Part shown: one piece after another, positions 10,081 to 19,536 of the stretch
How the letters are laid out: each line of letters opens with the position of its first letter
Numbering within the stretch: position 1 is the first letter of the stretch
Sequence record: AP014889.1
Strand: one strand, 5' to 3'
Source: Vibrio phage VCPH
DNA length: 32,000 nucleotides
The notes under the pieces: generated by a model
What the model was told of the DNA's origin: nothing
The model's database searches: none
What the model saw: only the letters and a program-made list of their open reading frames with translations
Program-made: the position numbers and the translations under genes

Positions 10081-10103
10081 GTAACTTTTTACAGGCAAAG
10101 AAA

Positions 10104-10123
10104 AACCCTGCCGAAGCAGGGTT
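10104..10123 (-). terminator. Rho-independent terminator after the tape-measure gene
   Basis: Perfect 8-bp stem AACCCTGC-TTCG-GCAGGGTT followed by TTTCTTT on the minus strand. Confidence 0.9.
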
Positions 10124-10128
10124 ATTTA

Positions 10129-13100
10129 TTAAGCACCACCGAGTTCAATACCACGTTGACGAGCCTCTTCGACAATAGAATCTAGGATCTCTGGTGCGCG
10201 ATCTTCTAAACTCTTAGCGTCGATAGCTGAGATGTTCAACTGCATGATCTGCTGCTTAGAGCCACCACCAAGGATTTGCTCTGTTTCAGAAGCAGTCTTA
10301 ACAATAGAGTCTGCTTTAGGGATAACCAGCTCTCGCCCACCCTCACCAGCGATGAATGCAGACGGTGCGTTACCACCAGAAGCACGTCCGTAGATACCAC
10401 GATCACCCAGAGTCTGAGCCCTTTCGGATGCAGAAGCTGCACCAGATACATCGGTAGACATACGTCCTTCCTGACCTACCGTCAGTGTCATAGAGTCAGA
10501 TGCAGAAGAAGAGCTAGATGCTAGACCTGCTAGCTGGCTAGAAGCTGTGTTGGATGCCTGAGCGAATGCTAGAGCACCTGCTGCCGCTGTTAGACCTGCG
10601 AACACGAAGTTCAATGGTGGTGGAGCGGAACCCAGAGCCATTGCCACACCCATCGCTGTGTTTAGTAGGATAGATGCTTTAGCGAACTTTTCTTGTTCTT
10701 TAATCTTCTTCTTGTTTAGAGCTTTGATCTTAGCTTCCTGCTCTTCTTGAGACATACCAGACGCCTCAACCGCTGCAATCTCTGCGTCGATGGAAGATGT
10801 AACCGCGCCCGAAGCCGCTGAAATCATTCCACCAAGGGATTGCGTGAAGCCTGCTGCCATAGATAGAGACGCTTGCATTGTCATCTGAGCGGAGGATGCG
10901 CTACTAGAAACAATGTCCCAAGCCTCCGAGATAGCTACAATACCGTTAGCTGTGTCACCTAATCCAGCATCCAGCTCACCGATGTTTCCAACAGTGAAGG
11001 ATTGATTCTGTGCACGCATGTTCTCTGCTGCTGTCTCTTTAGCAATCTGCAGTTCTCGTTCTTTTGCAAGTACAAGGCGTTCCTGATCGCGTACAGTGTC
11101 ACCTGATAGTGTACTGTTTTGACGCATAATCTCTAGTTGCTGGCGTTCAGCTTCTAGGATTAGAGTCATCTGCTCTAACTCAGTCTTCTTGCGATGCTCG
11201 AATTCACGAGTTAGTCGACCTTGCTGGAGCATATCAAGAGCGATCTTCTCTTGAGTCTTACGGATCTTCTCAGTAAGCTCGAACTCTTCTAGCTTCATCT
11301 TGGATGTTTTAGTAGTCGTATCTAGAACACGCATCTCTGCATTGTGTCTAGCAAACATCATCTCAAGTTGTTGTGCTGCGATACTTAGAGAGTTCTCGTC
11401 AGAAGTGTTACGATGGTTAGCTGTAGTAGCCAAGTCATCCTGAGCCTTCTTCTGTTGGATCATTAAATCAGTATAAGCTTTAACATCACCGAGGTTTAAC
11501 CACTGAGATTGAGAAATCTTAAGCTTAGCAAGTACCTCATCCAACTCTAAGCCTTCCTCAAGTAGCTTGTTCACTGAGCCCATAGCTTCTTCAGCAGAAC
11601 GACCCATAGCCACTAGTGGGTTTGATTCACCAGATAGATCGTTAGCTAGAGAGGTCAGGTCAGTGGATAGAGTACGGCTTAGCAGACCTAAGTTACCAAT
11701 CTCTGCAGCTATACGCATAGCCTGATCTTCTAATAGACCACCTGATTCTGTAACGTAACGGATAGCCACGTTAACTTTAGACAAGTTGTTCTCAACATTA
11801 CGGAACTCATTACTATCTGCATCACCCATCATGGTTAGGGCCTGGCTCTTAGCTACTAATCGGTTACGCTCTTCGATAAGCTTATTGAGTGCTACGAATT
11901 TAGGGATCAAGTCTCCCTTAGCAAATGCATCTGCCATCTCGTCGATAACGTTTTGGCTAGAAGGAGCATCAGACATAAGGTCATTAAACTTCTCTAGAGT
12001 CCATAGTAGAGGTTCGAATGCTGCTACTGCTTGTAGAGCTTGCTGTGCTGCGTGAGCTACGTTAGCCCCGAACTTTTCCCATTCTGTAGAGCGCAGAGCG
12101 TCATCTACAGCGCCAAGGTTCTGTTCTGAACGAGCGATAACTGCGTTAGATAGGGCTTGTTGACGTTGGAATGAGTTTAAGGAGTCTGCTGCAATGTTAT
12201 GTTGCGCTGCGTACTCAGAGAATGCCTCGTTTAGACGTACAGTAATACCTAGTTCGTCTAATAGTTCGATTTCTTGCTTGGATACACCACGAGTTACACG
12301 GTTAAGTGCATCTACCATATCCACACCAAGAACGATACTAGCACGCTTAGCTACCGTTGCAAACTTACTGATAGTTTCCTGATCGAATCCGAATGCTGTA
12401 GCTGCCGCTGCTTGACGAATAGCTACTTCCCAGCTGATAGCGTAGTCAGTTGCTTCTTGTAGGTCTTTTGCAACACCTTTGATTGATACACCAATCTGGT
12501 TAGACATTACGTTAGAAACCTCTTCCAGACGGTTTAGAGATGCTGCTTCATTTAGAAGACGGAAACCTTCTGTAGCTGCAAACACGTTCGCGGCAACGAG
12601 CGCGTATACAGAGGCAAGGCCTCCAGCACTTTGAGCCATTGCGGAGAAGTTACGTACTTGGTTTGTACCTTGACGGTTGTTGTCTTTCAGCCTGTTATTC
12701 AGCTTCTTATTCTTGTTCTCTAACTCTTCAACCTTTTTATTCAGGCGGTCTGCAGTCTTAGTCTGCTTCTCAAATGCTTCCGTACCTTCATTAGTTGCCC
12801 TAACAATGTCTTCTGCACTATCCACAGCGTTATCCATACCAGCCGCCGCTTGATTGAATGAGTCTGTAAACCCTTGGTCTAGGGTAGAGTTAACTTGGTC
12901 TAGAACACCATTCATGCGTGAGAGGGAGGCTTCGATCTCTTGCAGAGTGTGGTCTAGGTTCCCGAATGGGTTAATATCACGAATGCTTTCAAACGCTTCG
13001 TCAATAAGTTCAGCGTAGTCAGATACTTCTAGAATCTCTGCTTGGAGCTTCTTTAGGTTGTTAACCTGTGCGAGGATACCTTTCTGCTTAACTTGTAGTG

Positions 13101-13344
13101 TGATAGGTTCTTTTGCGATCTTACCTAGCTCCGCAAACTCTTTAGTCAGCTGTGATACGTTTTCCATACCAGCCATGTCGACGCCTCCGGCAGCCGCTGC
13201 TGACTTAGAACCTACATTGATATTGGATTTCTTATGAATATCGTCTAAGTGCTTGGATAAAGCTTCCAACTGCTTCTCAGCAGCCGAAGCACCCTTAGTA
13301 TTCACGTTAATCACAACATCAGTGATCTTTCTTTTCTTTGCCAT
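10129..13344 (-). CDS. Tape measure protein
   Basis: 1071 aa, highly helical/coiled-coil with hydrophobic segments and an Ala/Gly-rich transmembrane-like region (MGVAMALGSAPPPLNFVFAGLTAAAGALAFAQA). Position is downstream of the chaperones. Confidence 0.9.
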   Translation of the reverse strand: MAKKRKITDVVINVNTKGASAAEKQLEALSKHLDDIHKKSNINVGSKSAAAAGGVDMAGMENVSQLTKEFAELGKIAKEPITLQVKQKGILAQVNNLKKLQAEILEVSDYAELIDEAFESIRDINPFGNLDHTLQEIEASLSRMNGVLDQVNSTLDQGFTDSFNQAAAGMDNAVDSAEDIVRATNEGTEAFEKQTKTADRLNKKVEELENKNKKLNNRLKDNNRQGTNQVRNFSAMAQSAGGLASVYALVAANVFAATEGFRLLNEAASLNRLEEVSNVMSNQIGVSIKGVAKDLQEATDYAISWEVAIRQAAAATAFGFDQETISKFATVAKRASIVLGVDMVDALNRVTRGVSKQEIELLDELGITVRLNEAFSEYAAQHNIAADSLNSFQRQQALSNAVIARSEQNLGAVDDALRSTEWEKFGANVAHAAQQALQAVAAFEPLLWTLEKFNDLMSDAPSSQNVIDEMADAFAKGDLIPKFVALNKLIEERNRLVAKSQALTMMGDADSNEFRNVENNLSKVNVAIRYVTESGGLLEDQAMRIAAEIGNLGLLSRTLSTDLTSLANDLSGESNPLVAMGRSAEEAMGSVNKLLEEGLELDEVLAKLKISQSQWLNLGDVKAYTDLMIQQKKAQDDLATTANHRNTSDENSLSIAAQQLEMMFARHNAEMRVLDTTTKTSKMKLEEFELTEKIRKTQEKIALDMLQQGRLTREFEHRKKTELEQMTLILEAERQQLEIMRQNSTLSGDTVRDQERLVLAKERELQIAKETAAENMRAQNQSFTVGNIGELDAGLGDTANGIVAISEAWDIVSSSASSAQMTMQASLSMAAGFTQSLGGMISAASGAVTSSIDAEIAAVEASGMSQEEQEAKIKALNKKKIKEQEKFAKASILLNTAMGVAMALGSAPPPLNFVFAGLTAAAGALAFAQASNTASSQLAGLASSSSSASDSMTLTVGQEGRMSTDVSGAASASERAQTLGDRGIYGRASGGNAPSAFIAGEGGRELVIPKADSIVKTASETEQILGGGSKQQIMQLNISAIDAKSLEDRAPEILDSIVEEARQRGIELGGA

Positions 13345-13362
13345 TTTGTCCTCTTACGAAAA

Positions 13363-13382
13363 AGGCGACCCTAAGGTCGCCT
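13363..13382 (-). terminator. Rho-independent terminator between the 254-aa structural gene and the tape measure gene
   Basis: AGGCGACC-TTAG-GGTCGCCT followed by TTTTTCG on the minus strand. It overlaps the upstream leader of the tape-measure gene. Confidence 0.85.
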
Positions 13383-13387
13383 GTATA

Positions 13388-14149
13388 TTAAGGGGTGATG
13401 AAGCGTACGTAGTTAGGGTTCCAGCCTACTGCTGTTGTGAACGCTGCTACATACTGATCAGTACCGATACCAGGCTTACGCTGACGTTGGATTGGCTTCT
13501 CTTCGAAACCACCAGCAACACCGTGCTCATGGAACACTAGCATTTGTGCATTTGATAGCTGGTCTGATACTACTAGACGGATCTTATCGCCTAGCTCTTT
13601 CTTCGAGTTCTTGTAATCATCTGAACGAATGATTTGTAGGTAGTTTGTTAGGTCTACCGCTACGAAGATTGAACCACTAACTGTGTAGATAGCTGAGCCC
13701 ATATCTTCGATACAGTCTACGATACCATCCCAGTTGATTGTAGCCGTATAGTGGATTGTAGTGTCTGCAATCAGCTTGTCGATTAGCTTACGCTCAATCT
13801 GTTTAATCATACGAATAGCTAGGATGTTTTGCATAGCTGCTTCTAGACCTACACGAGGGTTAGCATCTTCTGATGTTTCATCTACCATGTCTGCTTGTGT
13901 GTAATCAATCTCTTTCTCTAGGGTGATCCCACCAACAGTAAAACGCGTGTCATCGTGTGCAATAACGTCGATGAACGGGTGTAGAATAGTACCAGACTTA
14001 AGTGTAACCTTGTCTAGGAATGGGAACAGTAGATTCTCTGGAGCAAGAATCTGACGACGTAGAGGGTTTACCGTAGTATCGCTTGCGCCGCTTACTGCTT
14101 TTGTTACTGTGTCCAGAAAGTCCTGAACATCTTTGTTTACTTCACTCAT
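13388..14149 (-). CDS. Conserved phage structural/tail protein of unknown role
   Basis: ORF track starts at TTG 14164. The ATG at 14149 (MSEVNKDVQDFL, 253 aa) has a well placed GAAGGAAAG ribosome binding site. Confidence 0.65.
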   Translation of the reverse strand: MSEVNKDVQDFLDTVTKAVSGASDTTVNPLRRQILAPENLLFPFLDKVTLKSGTILHPFIDVIAHDDTRFTVGGITLEKEIDYTQADMVDETSEDANPRVGLEAAMQNILAIRMIKQIERKLIDKLIADTTIHYTATINWDGIVDCIEDMGSAIYTVSGSIFVAVDLTNYLQIIRSDDYKNSKKELGDKIRLVVSDQLSNAQMLVFHEHGVAGGFEEKPIQRQRKPGIGTDQYVAAFTTAVGWNPNYVRFITP

Positions 14150-14171
14150 TAATCTTTCCTTCAAAAAAGAC

Positions 14172-14187
14172 GCCCCGATTAAGGGGC
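14172..14187 (-). terminator. Rho-independent terminator after the tail chaperone ORFs
   Basis: GCCCC-TTAATC-GGGGC then GTCTTTTTT on the minus strand. Confidence 0.75.
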
Positions 14188-14212
14188 TAAGTATTGGAGA
14201 AACTGTATGCCC

Positions 14213-14548
14213 TTACTTGGATTGTTGTCTTCGTTTTCTCTCAAGTGCTGCTCGCTCTTTCTCTAACCTATTGGCTTCAAGATGCTCACATACTTCGAGA
14301 ATGATAAATAGTTCGTATTCACCTGATACATTGTAGATCTTGCATACATTCATCAGGTTGGTGTAGTCCTTACCACCGAATACACTGCCCTCCATTCCTA
14401 GAGGTACCATCAAGTCTGGTAGCTTACTGTAGATTTTCAGCGCTATTTGTACTATCAGTGGAAAGTCACCCAAGTTTTTGGCTAATTTGGAAACATCCGG
14501 TTCGATACCCATCTGCTCACACATCATAAGGTATTGTTGGTTGGTCAT
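14213..14548 (-). CDS. Tail assembly chaperone, distal (T-like) ORF
   Basis: 111 aa, small helical and charged, upstream of the tape measure. The reading frame is open back into the preceding ORF. Confidence 0.65.
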   Translation of the reverse strand: MTNQQYLMMCEQMGIEPDVSKLAKNLGDFPLIVQIALKIYSKLPDLMVPLGMEGSVFGGKDYTNLMNVCKIYNVSGEYELFIILEVCEHLEANRLEKERAALERKRRQQSK

Positions 14549-14612
14549 ACCACCATGAACCGAATCTCTCCTTGTAAAATCATCTAAATCCGTTTTAAGC
14601 TCTGCGAGGGCT

Positions 14613-15017
14613 TTACTTACGAAAATTGTTGATGTCTTTTAAGTTGGCGTTCAACCAAACATCAAAAGATTTACTTCCCTGTAGAAGGGCTACTGCGTTA
14701 TCAATAGAGAAATCAACTTCCTCTTCTTTGTTTACCGCACTCTCGTCGATAAGCATTAGTTCTGCTAGGATACCCCAAGTCAGGCCCGTCCAGCTCTCGA
14801 TAGTGTTCTCGGTAAAGATGCGATCCCACTTTTCACGGTCAAGCTTTTCCATTGGGAAGCCTGTACCAGTGTCAATCACGTTTTTCACACATTGTGAACG
14901 AAGCTCCGCTAGCTTCTCAGTAGTGTTGTAACGAATAGTTACTTTGAAGTCTTCGAATCCTGGGAACTCGAACTCCATGCTCTTAGAGTTAAGAACAACG
15001 CTAGAAATACTTTTCAT
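14613..15017 (-). CDS. Tail assembly chaperone, proximal (G-like) ORF
   Basis: 134 aa, located between the tail tube gene and the tape measure, followed by a second short ORF in another frame (classic G/GT arrangement). Confidence 0.7.
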   Translation of the reverse strand: MKSISSVVLNSKSMEFEFPGFEDFKVTIRYNTTEKLAELRSQCVKNVIDTGTGFPMEKLDREKWDRIFTENTIESWTGLTWGILAELMLIDESAVNKEEEVDFSIDNAVALLQGSKSFDVWLNANLKDINNFRK

Positions 15018-15019
15018 GT

Positions 15020-15898
15020 TTAGTCTCCAAACTTAATATAAGTATCGCCGGACATTTCTGTGTATGACACATCAAGTCGAGCAGTATAAATGTTAGACAT
15101 ATCTAGGTTTCTGACGATACGGGCATTACCCATAAATGCTTTTAATCCTGCCTTGCTTAGTGCAAAGTCTTCGTATGTAGCTACGCCATATGAATCTAGA
15201 ATGTTACTGTAGGTTAAGAAAGCGTTGGCACTGAAAATCATATCAGTTACCACAGCTTTGGAATGTTGGTATGCATCTTGTAATCCAAGTCCGAACAGTG
15301 ATTTGTCGTCCATCCACTCACAAACTTGCTGGATGCTTACAGTACCAGAATTGATTCTGTTCTGTGTCTCCGCGCCCAAGACAAGGTTTACGTGAGAGGC
15401 TTCGACAGGATAGTTAATACCATCACTAACTGGATCTGTCTGAGCAGCTGGTGATACGTTAGCAGCACTAATACTCAGGTCAAGTCGTAACTCGGTTGAC
15501 TTAGTGAAGCTGATATCAATTGACTCAATATAACATGGTGAGGCTACTAGAGTCTCATCCTTGTTGATGAAGTTCATCGTAAACAGTTTAGGCGAGGTAT
15601 TAGTAGGAGCGATCGGGAAGTCATAACGACCACCCGCTTGCTTAACTAATCCCAGAAGTTCGAATAGGATTTTTTCTGTACCTGTCTTGGTTACAACCAC
15701 TGACATGTTAATTGTTGTTGGGTTGATTTTTGAGGTTATAGAGTACGCCTGATTCGTATTTCGAAACAAGGTCTTACGTTTACCCGTAGCCATACCAAGA
15801 GAGGTATTGAGGCTAACGTTGTTGATAGCCTCAAGGGGATACGCTAGTGTATCATGGACAAGGACTACTCGTACGTTACGGAGTAGTTGAACTGCCAT
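15020..15898 (-). CDS. Second tail tube-type protein (paralogue sharing its N-terminus with the upstream gene)
   Basis: 292 aa beginning MAVQLLRNVRV, overlapping the upstream gene by 1 nt. Possible baseplate-tube or tail-tube component. Confidence 0.55.
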   Translation of the reverse strand: MAVQLLRNVRVVLVHDTLAYPLEAINNVSLNTSLGMATGKRKTLFRNTNQAYSITSKINPTTINMSVVVTKTGTEKILFELLGLVKQAGGRYDFPIAPTNTSPKLFTMNFINKDETLVASPCYIESIDISFTKSTELRLDLSISAANVSPAAQTDPVSDGINYPVEASHVNLVLGAETQNRINSGTVSIQQVCEWMDDKSLFGLGLQDAYQHSKAVVTDMIFSANAFLTYSNILDSYGVATYEDFALSKAGLKAFMGNARIVRNLDMSNIYTARLDVSYTEMSGDTYIKFGD

Positions 15899-17007
15899 TA
15901 TGCTTTACCGTCACCTGTAGCAATCAGTCGAGCAACATCAGCGTCAGTGTAGTTATCAGAGAATCCGAAGAATACCTCGTCACCAGCGCCGTAGCTAGAA
16001 CCGATACCTGTGAAGTTGATCGTTGTACCGATAACGTCAGCAGATGCGATAGAAGGGATCTGAACTTGAGCCGTTGGTAGAACGATTACTGCCGCAGGGT
16101 TACCGCCAGTAGATTCACCACCCATTACTAGAGCGATTTCAAAGCTGTTTGTAACAGATTTAGCCGCTAGTAGGTCGTCAAGAAGTTCAGCAGAACCAGC
16201 TACTTTGTCGTTTAGGTATGCAGTGATTTCACCTGTTACAGAGAATGCACCTGTGAACGAACCGATTGGAACGTCAAGACAAGATAGAGTAGATGGTGTT
16301 AGGTAAGTGATACCGTTGTTAATAGTGATAGAACCACCAGTAACCGGAATGTCATATACCTTGTTAGTTGTGTTGTTCTTGATCTTAACAACAGTTAGCT
16401 TGTTCTTGATGTAAGAAGCAGCTAGAGAACAGTCTACAGACGTTACCGTTGCAGGATCAAAAGGTTCTGTAGTCAGACGGTTTAGAAGAGTACCCTCACC
16501 AGACCATGCAGTCTGAGCGATATCAGTAATATCGTTAGCAATAGATGCTTCGTTTACTTGAGCGTCTTCGATGTGGTACCAGATGTTATCTACTAGCATG
16601 TAAACTTGTAGCAGCATTAGGTTGTGGTGGGCGTTGTCTGTGAACTTAACTAGAGTGTTAGTGTCGTTAGCTTGAAGACCATTTGCGTCAGTCTTGTCGT
16701 AAGCAGAACCAGAAGCCATACCGTGCCATAGAAGTGCATCAGGTAGGATCTTATCGCCGTCACCGTCTGTGTAAGAGCGGATATAAGTTGTGAATGACCA
16801 AGAGGCAGGCTCTAGGTTATCATTGAATTCAGCGGTACCACGAGTAGGAACAGCACCCGCCTCAGAGATCTCTACTGTAGAAGATGCAGTTCCTTGAGTA
16901 AAGGAAAGGTCATCACCTACTTGGATCTCGAACGTGTTAGTCGTGTCGTGACCTGTTTTAACCGTAGATAGCCACACTCGGGTATTACGGAGTAATTGAA
17001 CTGCCAT
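15898..17007 (-). CDS. Major tail (tube) protein
   Basis: 369 aa beginning MAVQLLRNTRV, with a possible Ig-like C-terminal domain (PTAQVQIPSIASADVIGTTINFTGIG...). Located between the tail terminator and chaperone genes. Confidence 0.65.
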   Translation of the reverse strand: MAVQLLRNTRVWLSTVKTGHDTTNTFEIQVGDDLSFTQGTASSTVEISEAGAVPTRGTAEFNDNLEPASWSFTTYIRSYTDGDGDKILPDALLWHGMASGSAYDKTDANGLQANDTNTLVKFTDNAHHNLMLLQVYMLVDNIWYHIEDAQVNEASIANDITDIAQTAWSGEGTLLNRLTTEPFDPATVTSVDCSLAASYIKNKLTVVKIKNNTTNKVYDIPVTGGSITINNGITYLTPSTLSCLDVPIGSFTGAFSVTGEITAYLNDKVAGSAELLDDLLAAKSVTNSFEIALVMGGESTGGNPAAVIVLPTAQVQIPSIASADVIGTTINFTGIGSSYGAGDEVFFGFSDNYTDADVARLIATGDGKA

Positions 17008-17031
17008 TTTAAAAATGCTCCTTAAAGTGTA

Positions 17032-17517
17032 TCAACGAAGAAGTGCATTACAGTCTTCGTATCTAACACGCAGTTGAATTTCGCCGAAAGCATCTGGAGC
17101 GAGTAAGCCTTCATCTGTGTCGACTCCTAGGATGGTGACTTCGGTTACTTCATGTGGATTATTTGTACCAGAAGGCATGGTTACATTATATGGAAAAGAT
17201 TCGTGTAAGTCAATCAGAGTTTTTAAATCTGTAATAAGATTCTCTAATTGTTCGTCGTAGTCATCTGCCCCACGTACGTAGACGCGGATGTACAGATTTA
17301 AAAAGTTCCACCTAAACATACCAGGTAGGTACTCAGTGGTCTCAGTGCCTTTAGCGACGCTTACAAAAGGGAAATCATTTACCTCATCAAAGTGGAGGAT
17401 TTTGTCACTAACGTTACCCCATAGGTTAGTGTAGTATTTATCAGTATCAGAACCGTCTAGTGTAGTCTCGATAAGGTTCACTAGAGCTGATACGATGGAA
17501 GTTCTATGTGTTGCCAT
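17032..17517 (-). CDS. Tail terminator/completion-like protein
   Basis: 161 aa, upstream of the major tail gene in a canonical siphovirus order. Confidence 0.6.
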   Translation of the reverse strand: MATHRTSIVSALVNLIETTLDGSDTDKYYTNLWGNVSDKILHFDEVNDFPFVSVAKGTETTEYLPGMFRWNFLNLYIRVYVRGADDYDEQLENLITDLKTLIDLHESFPYNVTMPSGTNNPHEVTEVTILGVDTDEGLLAPDAFGEIQLRVRYEDCNALLR

Positions 17518-18296
17518 TAGAGTACCTGTCTAATCGTCAGCTTGTAATTATCGCCAAGGATCGTCTTAGCTGCCTTTGCTAAACTCTCACCGATAATACG
17601 TTGAGGGTTTCTGGCATAAGATGCCAAGTTCTTTTGTGGTGATTTAGTATTCTTAGGATCGAACACTTGGTATGGGTAAATCATGTAACGGTAATAGATA
17701 GACATGTTTGGTCTCTTCGCGCCCGCATTGGTAATCACCGCATCCGCTACCTGTGAGGTATTGATGAAGCGACCTGTACGGTTCTTAAGTGGACCACCAC
17801 GCATACCTGCATTAGGTCCTGTCATGATCTTCAACATGTTCTCTTTCATTACCAGTTCCAGAGCTGCCTTTAGGTTTAGTCTACTTAGTAGCTTACCTCT
17901 GGCTGGCTGCACACCTACGTTCACACCCTGAGTTACTTCGTCGGATACATCATCAAAGAATGCCACGTCTACGATAGATCGTCTACTACTAGCAGAGATG
18001 TGTCGTCTAGTGAATCCCTGATTAGCTAGAATCTTTGTACCAACATACGCCGCAGCGTCATTCTCTAATACTTCTGCAATCCTAGGAAATAGATTCTCAA
18101 GCTGTTTGTCAAGCTCATCTTCATCAATAGGCTTCTTTAATGTGAACCTTAGCTGTGCGACTCTGGAAGTGTGGTTTCTTCGAGTATCCTCAAACTCCAC
18201 AATGTAGTCAATCTTGTTACGTGAGTTACCATCAGGGTCTTCGAAGAGTCCCTTCGCTACATTTACGATGTCTCGTGCTTCCAGAGATAGTGCCAT
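17517..18296 (-). CDS. Head-tail connector/minor tail (gp10-like) protein
   Basis: 259 aa with 1-nt overlaps to both neighbours. Assigned by position and composition. Confidence 0.5.
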   Translation of the reverse strand: MALSLEARDIVNVAKGLFEDPDGNSRNKIDYIVEFEDTRRNHTSRVAQLRFTLKKPIDEDELDKQLENLFPRIAEVLENDAAAYVGTKILANQGFTRRHISASSRRSIVDVAFFDDVSDEVTQGVNVGVQPARGKLLSRLNLKAALELVMKENMLKIMTGPNAGMRGGPLKNRTGRFINTSQVADAVITNAGAKRPNMSIYYRYMIYPYQVFDPKNTKSPQKNLASYARNPQRIIGESLAKAAKTILGDNYKLTIRQVL

Positions 18297-18877
18297 TAGA
18301 TCTGTCTGTACATGTTCAAGATAGCTTCAATATGCTTAGGGAGTACACGAGTAGATACGTGTGACACCGATTGCCCACCCTGTGTTACAGTGGTATTGAA
18401 GTCCTTGTCTTTCCAGTAATCAACCAGCAGGCATGTAGCCAGTTTGACAGCCTCATCGGGTGTCTTAGAAGTATCGTAAACAACTTCGATACCCCATCCT
18501 TCATACATACGGCGGAAGATCTTAAGTAGGCCAATGTCTTCCTCAACATGGTATTCAGAAGGGTCTAGGTCGGCCATTAGAAGTTCGACAGCTGGGTTGA
18601 TTGTAGTGTAGTGGTTGGTCGAGTATACAGAGATAGTAAGGATGCTTACGTCCATATCTGGTAGCAAGAACTCATCCTGAAATCTGTGTGCTAAAGGATA
18701 CTTCTTTGTCACACGCTTAGGTGTATCAACTCCTGACGTATCAGTAGTGAACTTGTACCCTAGGAACGATTCAACTGCCGCAGAGGCTGCCTCGACTAGA
18801 GGCGTGAGCTGCGTGTCTTGGTTTGGCGATTTGATAGTCGCCCATGCTTTGTAATCATCAAGAGTAATTACTGCCAT
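18296..18877 (-). CDS. Head-tail adaptor (HK97 gp6-like)
   Basis: 193 aa, MAVITLDDYKAWATIKSPNQDTQLTPLVEAASAAVESFLGYKF is typical of gp6-like connector proteins. Confidence 0.65.
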   Translation of the reverse strand: MAVITLDDYKAWATIKSPNQDTQLTPLVEAASAAVESFLGYKFTTDTSGVDTPKRVTKKYPLAHRFQDEFLLPDMDVSILTISVYSTNHYTTINPAVELLMADLDPSEYHVEEDIGLLKIFRRMYEGWGIEVVYDTSKTPDEAVKLATCLLVDYWKDKDFNTTVTQGGQSVSHVSTRVLPKHIEAILNMYRQI

Positions 18878-19467
18878 TAGTCTCCTCCTGTAAGAGAATG
18901 TAGCTCTAACAAGAGCTCGGTTAGTTTATTGTCGGGCAATTCGAAGAACTCTGTCTTACCTTTGCCAGTGAAACCAGTATACCTAAATTCGCGTAAAGAT
19001 TCAATGATATTTTTCTCTTTGTGCTCCGCGTCAGGGGTGTGTTGTATGTACATGACTACGGGGGTTACCCTATTAGAGTATGCCACCTCAGTTACCCTAT
19101 CCAGGTATCTCTTATACGAAGTCACTCCTACCTTAATTATGTTAGTTCTATCTACACGCCACACATAAAGTACGTCCGCTTTGGGGGTAGAGCACCTCTT
19201 GCACCCATGTCCCTTACCTACGTGGTCGTGTGGGGTGGCCAAGAACACACCATGCTCTGGGCAGATAACAGTAACCTTGTCTTTATTGGTTTTGCCGTAC
19301 ACGCTCAACGAGTAGTCGTACTTATTCCCGTGTATTTTCTTTGCCCTGTAAATAAATACTGCAGTCTTAGCCTCTGTAGGGGCTGTACGCTTAATTCTTC
19401 CTGTTGGAGTAAGCCATTTAGCTTCTTGCTCATCATTTGTAATTACTATAGTTTGGTCTAGTGACAT
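18877..19467 (-). CDS. GIY-YIG (T5orf172/MUG113-like) endonuclease with N-terminal zinc domain, candidate homing endonuclease
   Basis: C-terminal VLYVWRVDRTNIIKVGVTSYKRYLDRVTEVAYSN...EKNIIESLREFRYTGFTGKGKTEFFEL matches T5orf172-type architecture. The N-terminal AKKIHGNKYDYSLSVYGKTNKDKVTVICPEHGVFLATPHDHVGKGHGCKRC is a Cys-based repeat domain seen in phage-encoded endonucleases. Confidence 0.75.
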   Translation of the reverse strand: MSLDQTIVITNDEQEAKWLTPTGRIKRTAPTEAKTAVFIYRAKKIHGNKYDYSLSVYGKTNKDKVTVICPEHGVFLATPHDHVGKGHGCKRCSTPKADVLYVWRVDRTNIIKVGVTSYKRYLDRVTEVAYSNRVTPVVMYIQHTPDAEHKEKNIIESLREFRYTGFTGKGKTEFFELPDNKLTELLLELHSLTGGD

Positions 19468-19501
19468 TTAGGTACCCCCTATCTTTATTTAGGTAAAAGA
19501 A

Positions 19502-19521
19502 AAGCCCTCGTTAGAGGGCTT
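19502..19521 (-). terminator. Rho-independent terminator after the major capsid gene
   Basis: AAGCCCTC-TAAC-GAGGGCTT then TTCTTTT on the minus strand. Confidence 0.9.
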
Positions 19522-19536
19522 GACCAGGATTGCTTA

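Noticed and set aside
19021-19461. 146-aa plus-strand ORF
   Set aside because: Fully antisense to the endonuclease gene; the sequence is Cys/Val-rich shadow translation.
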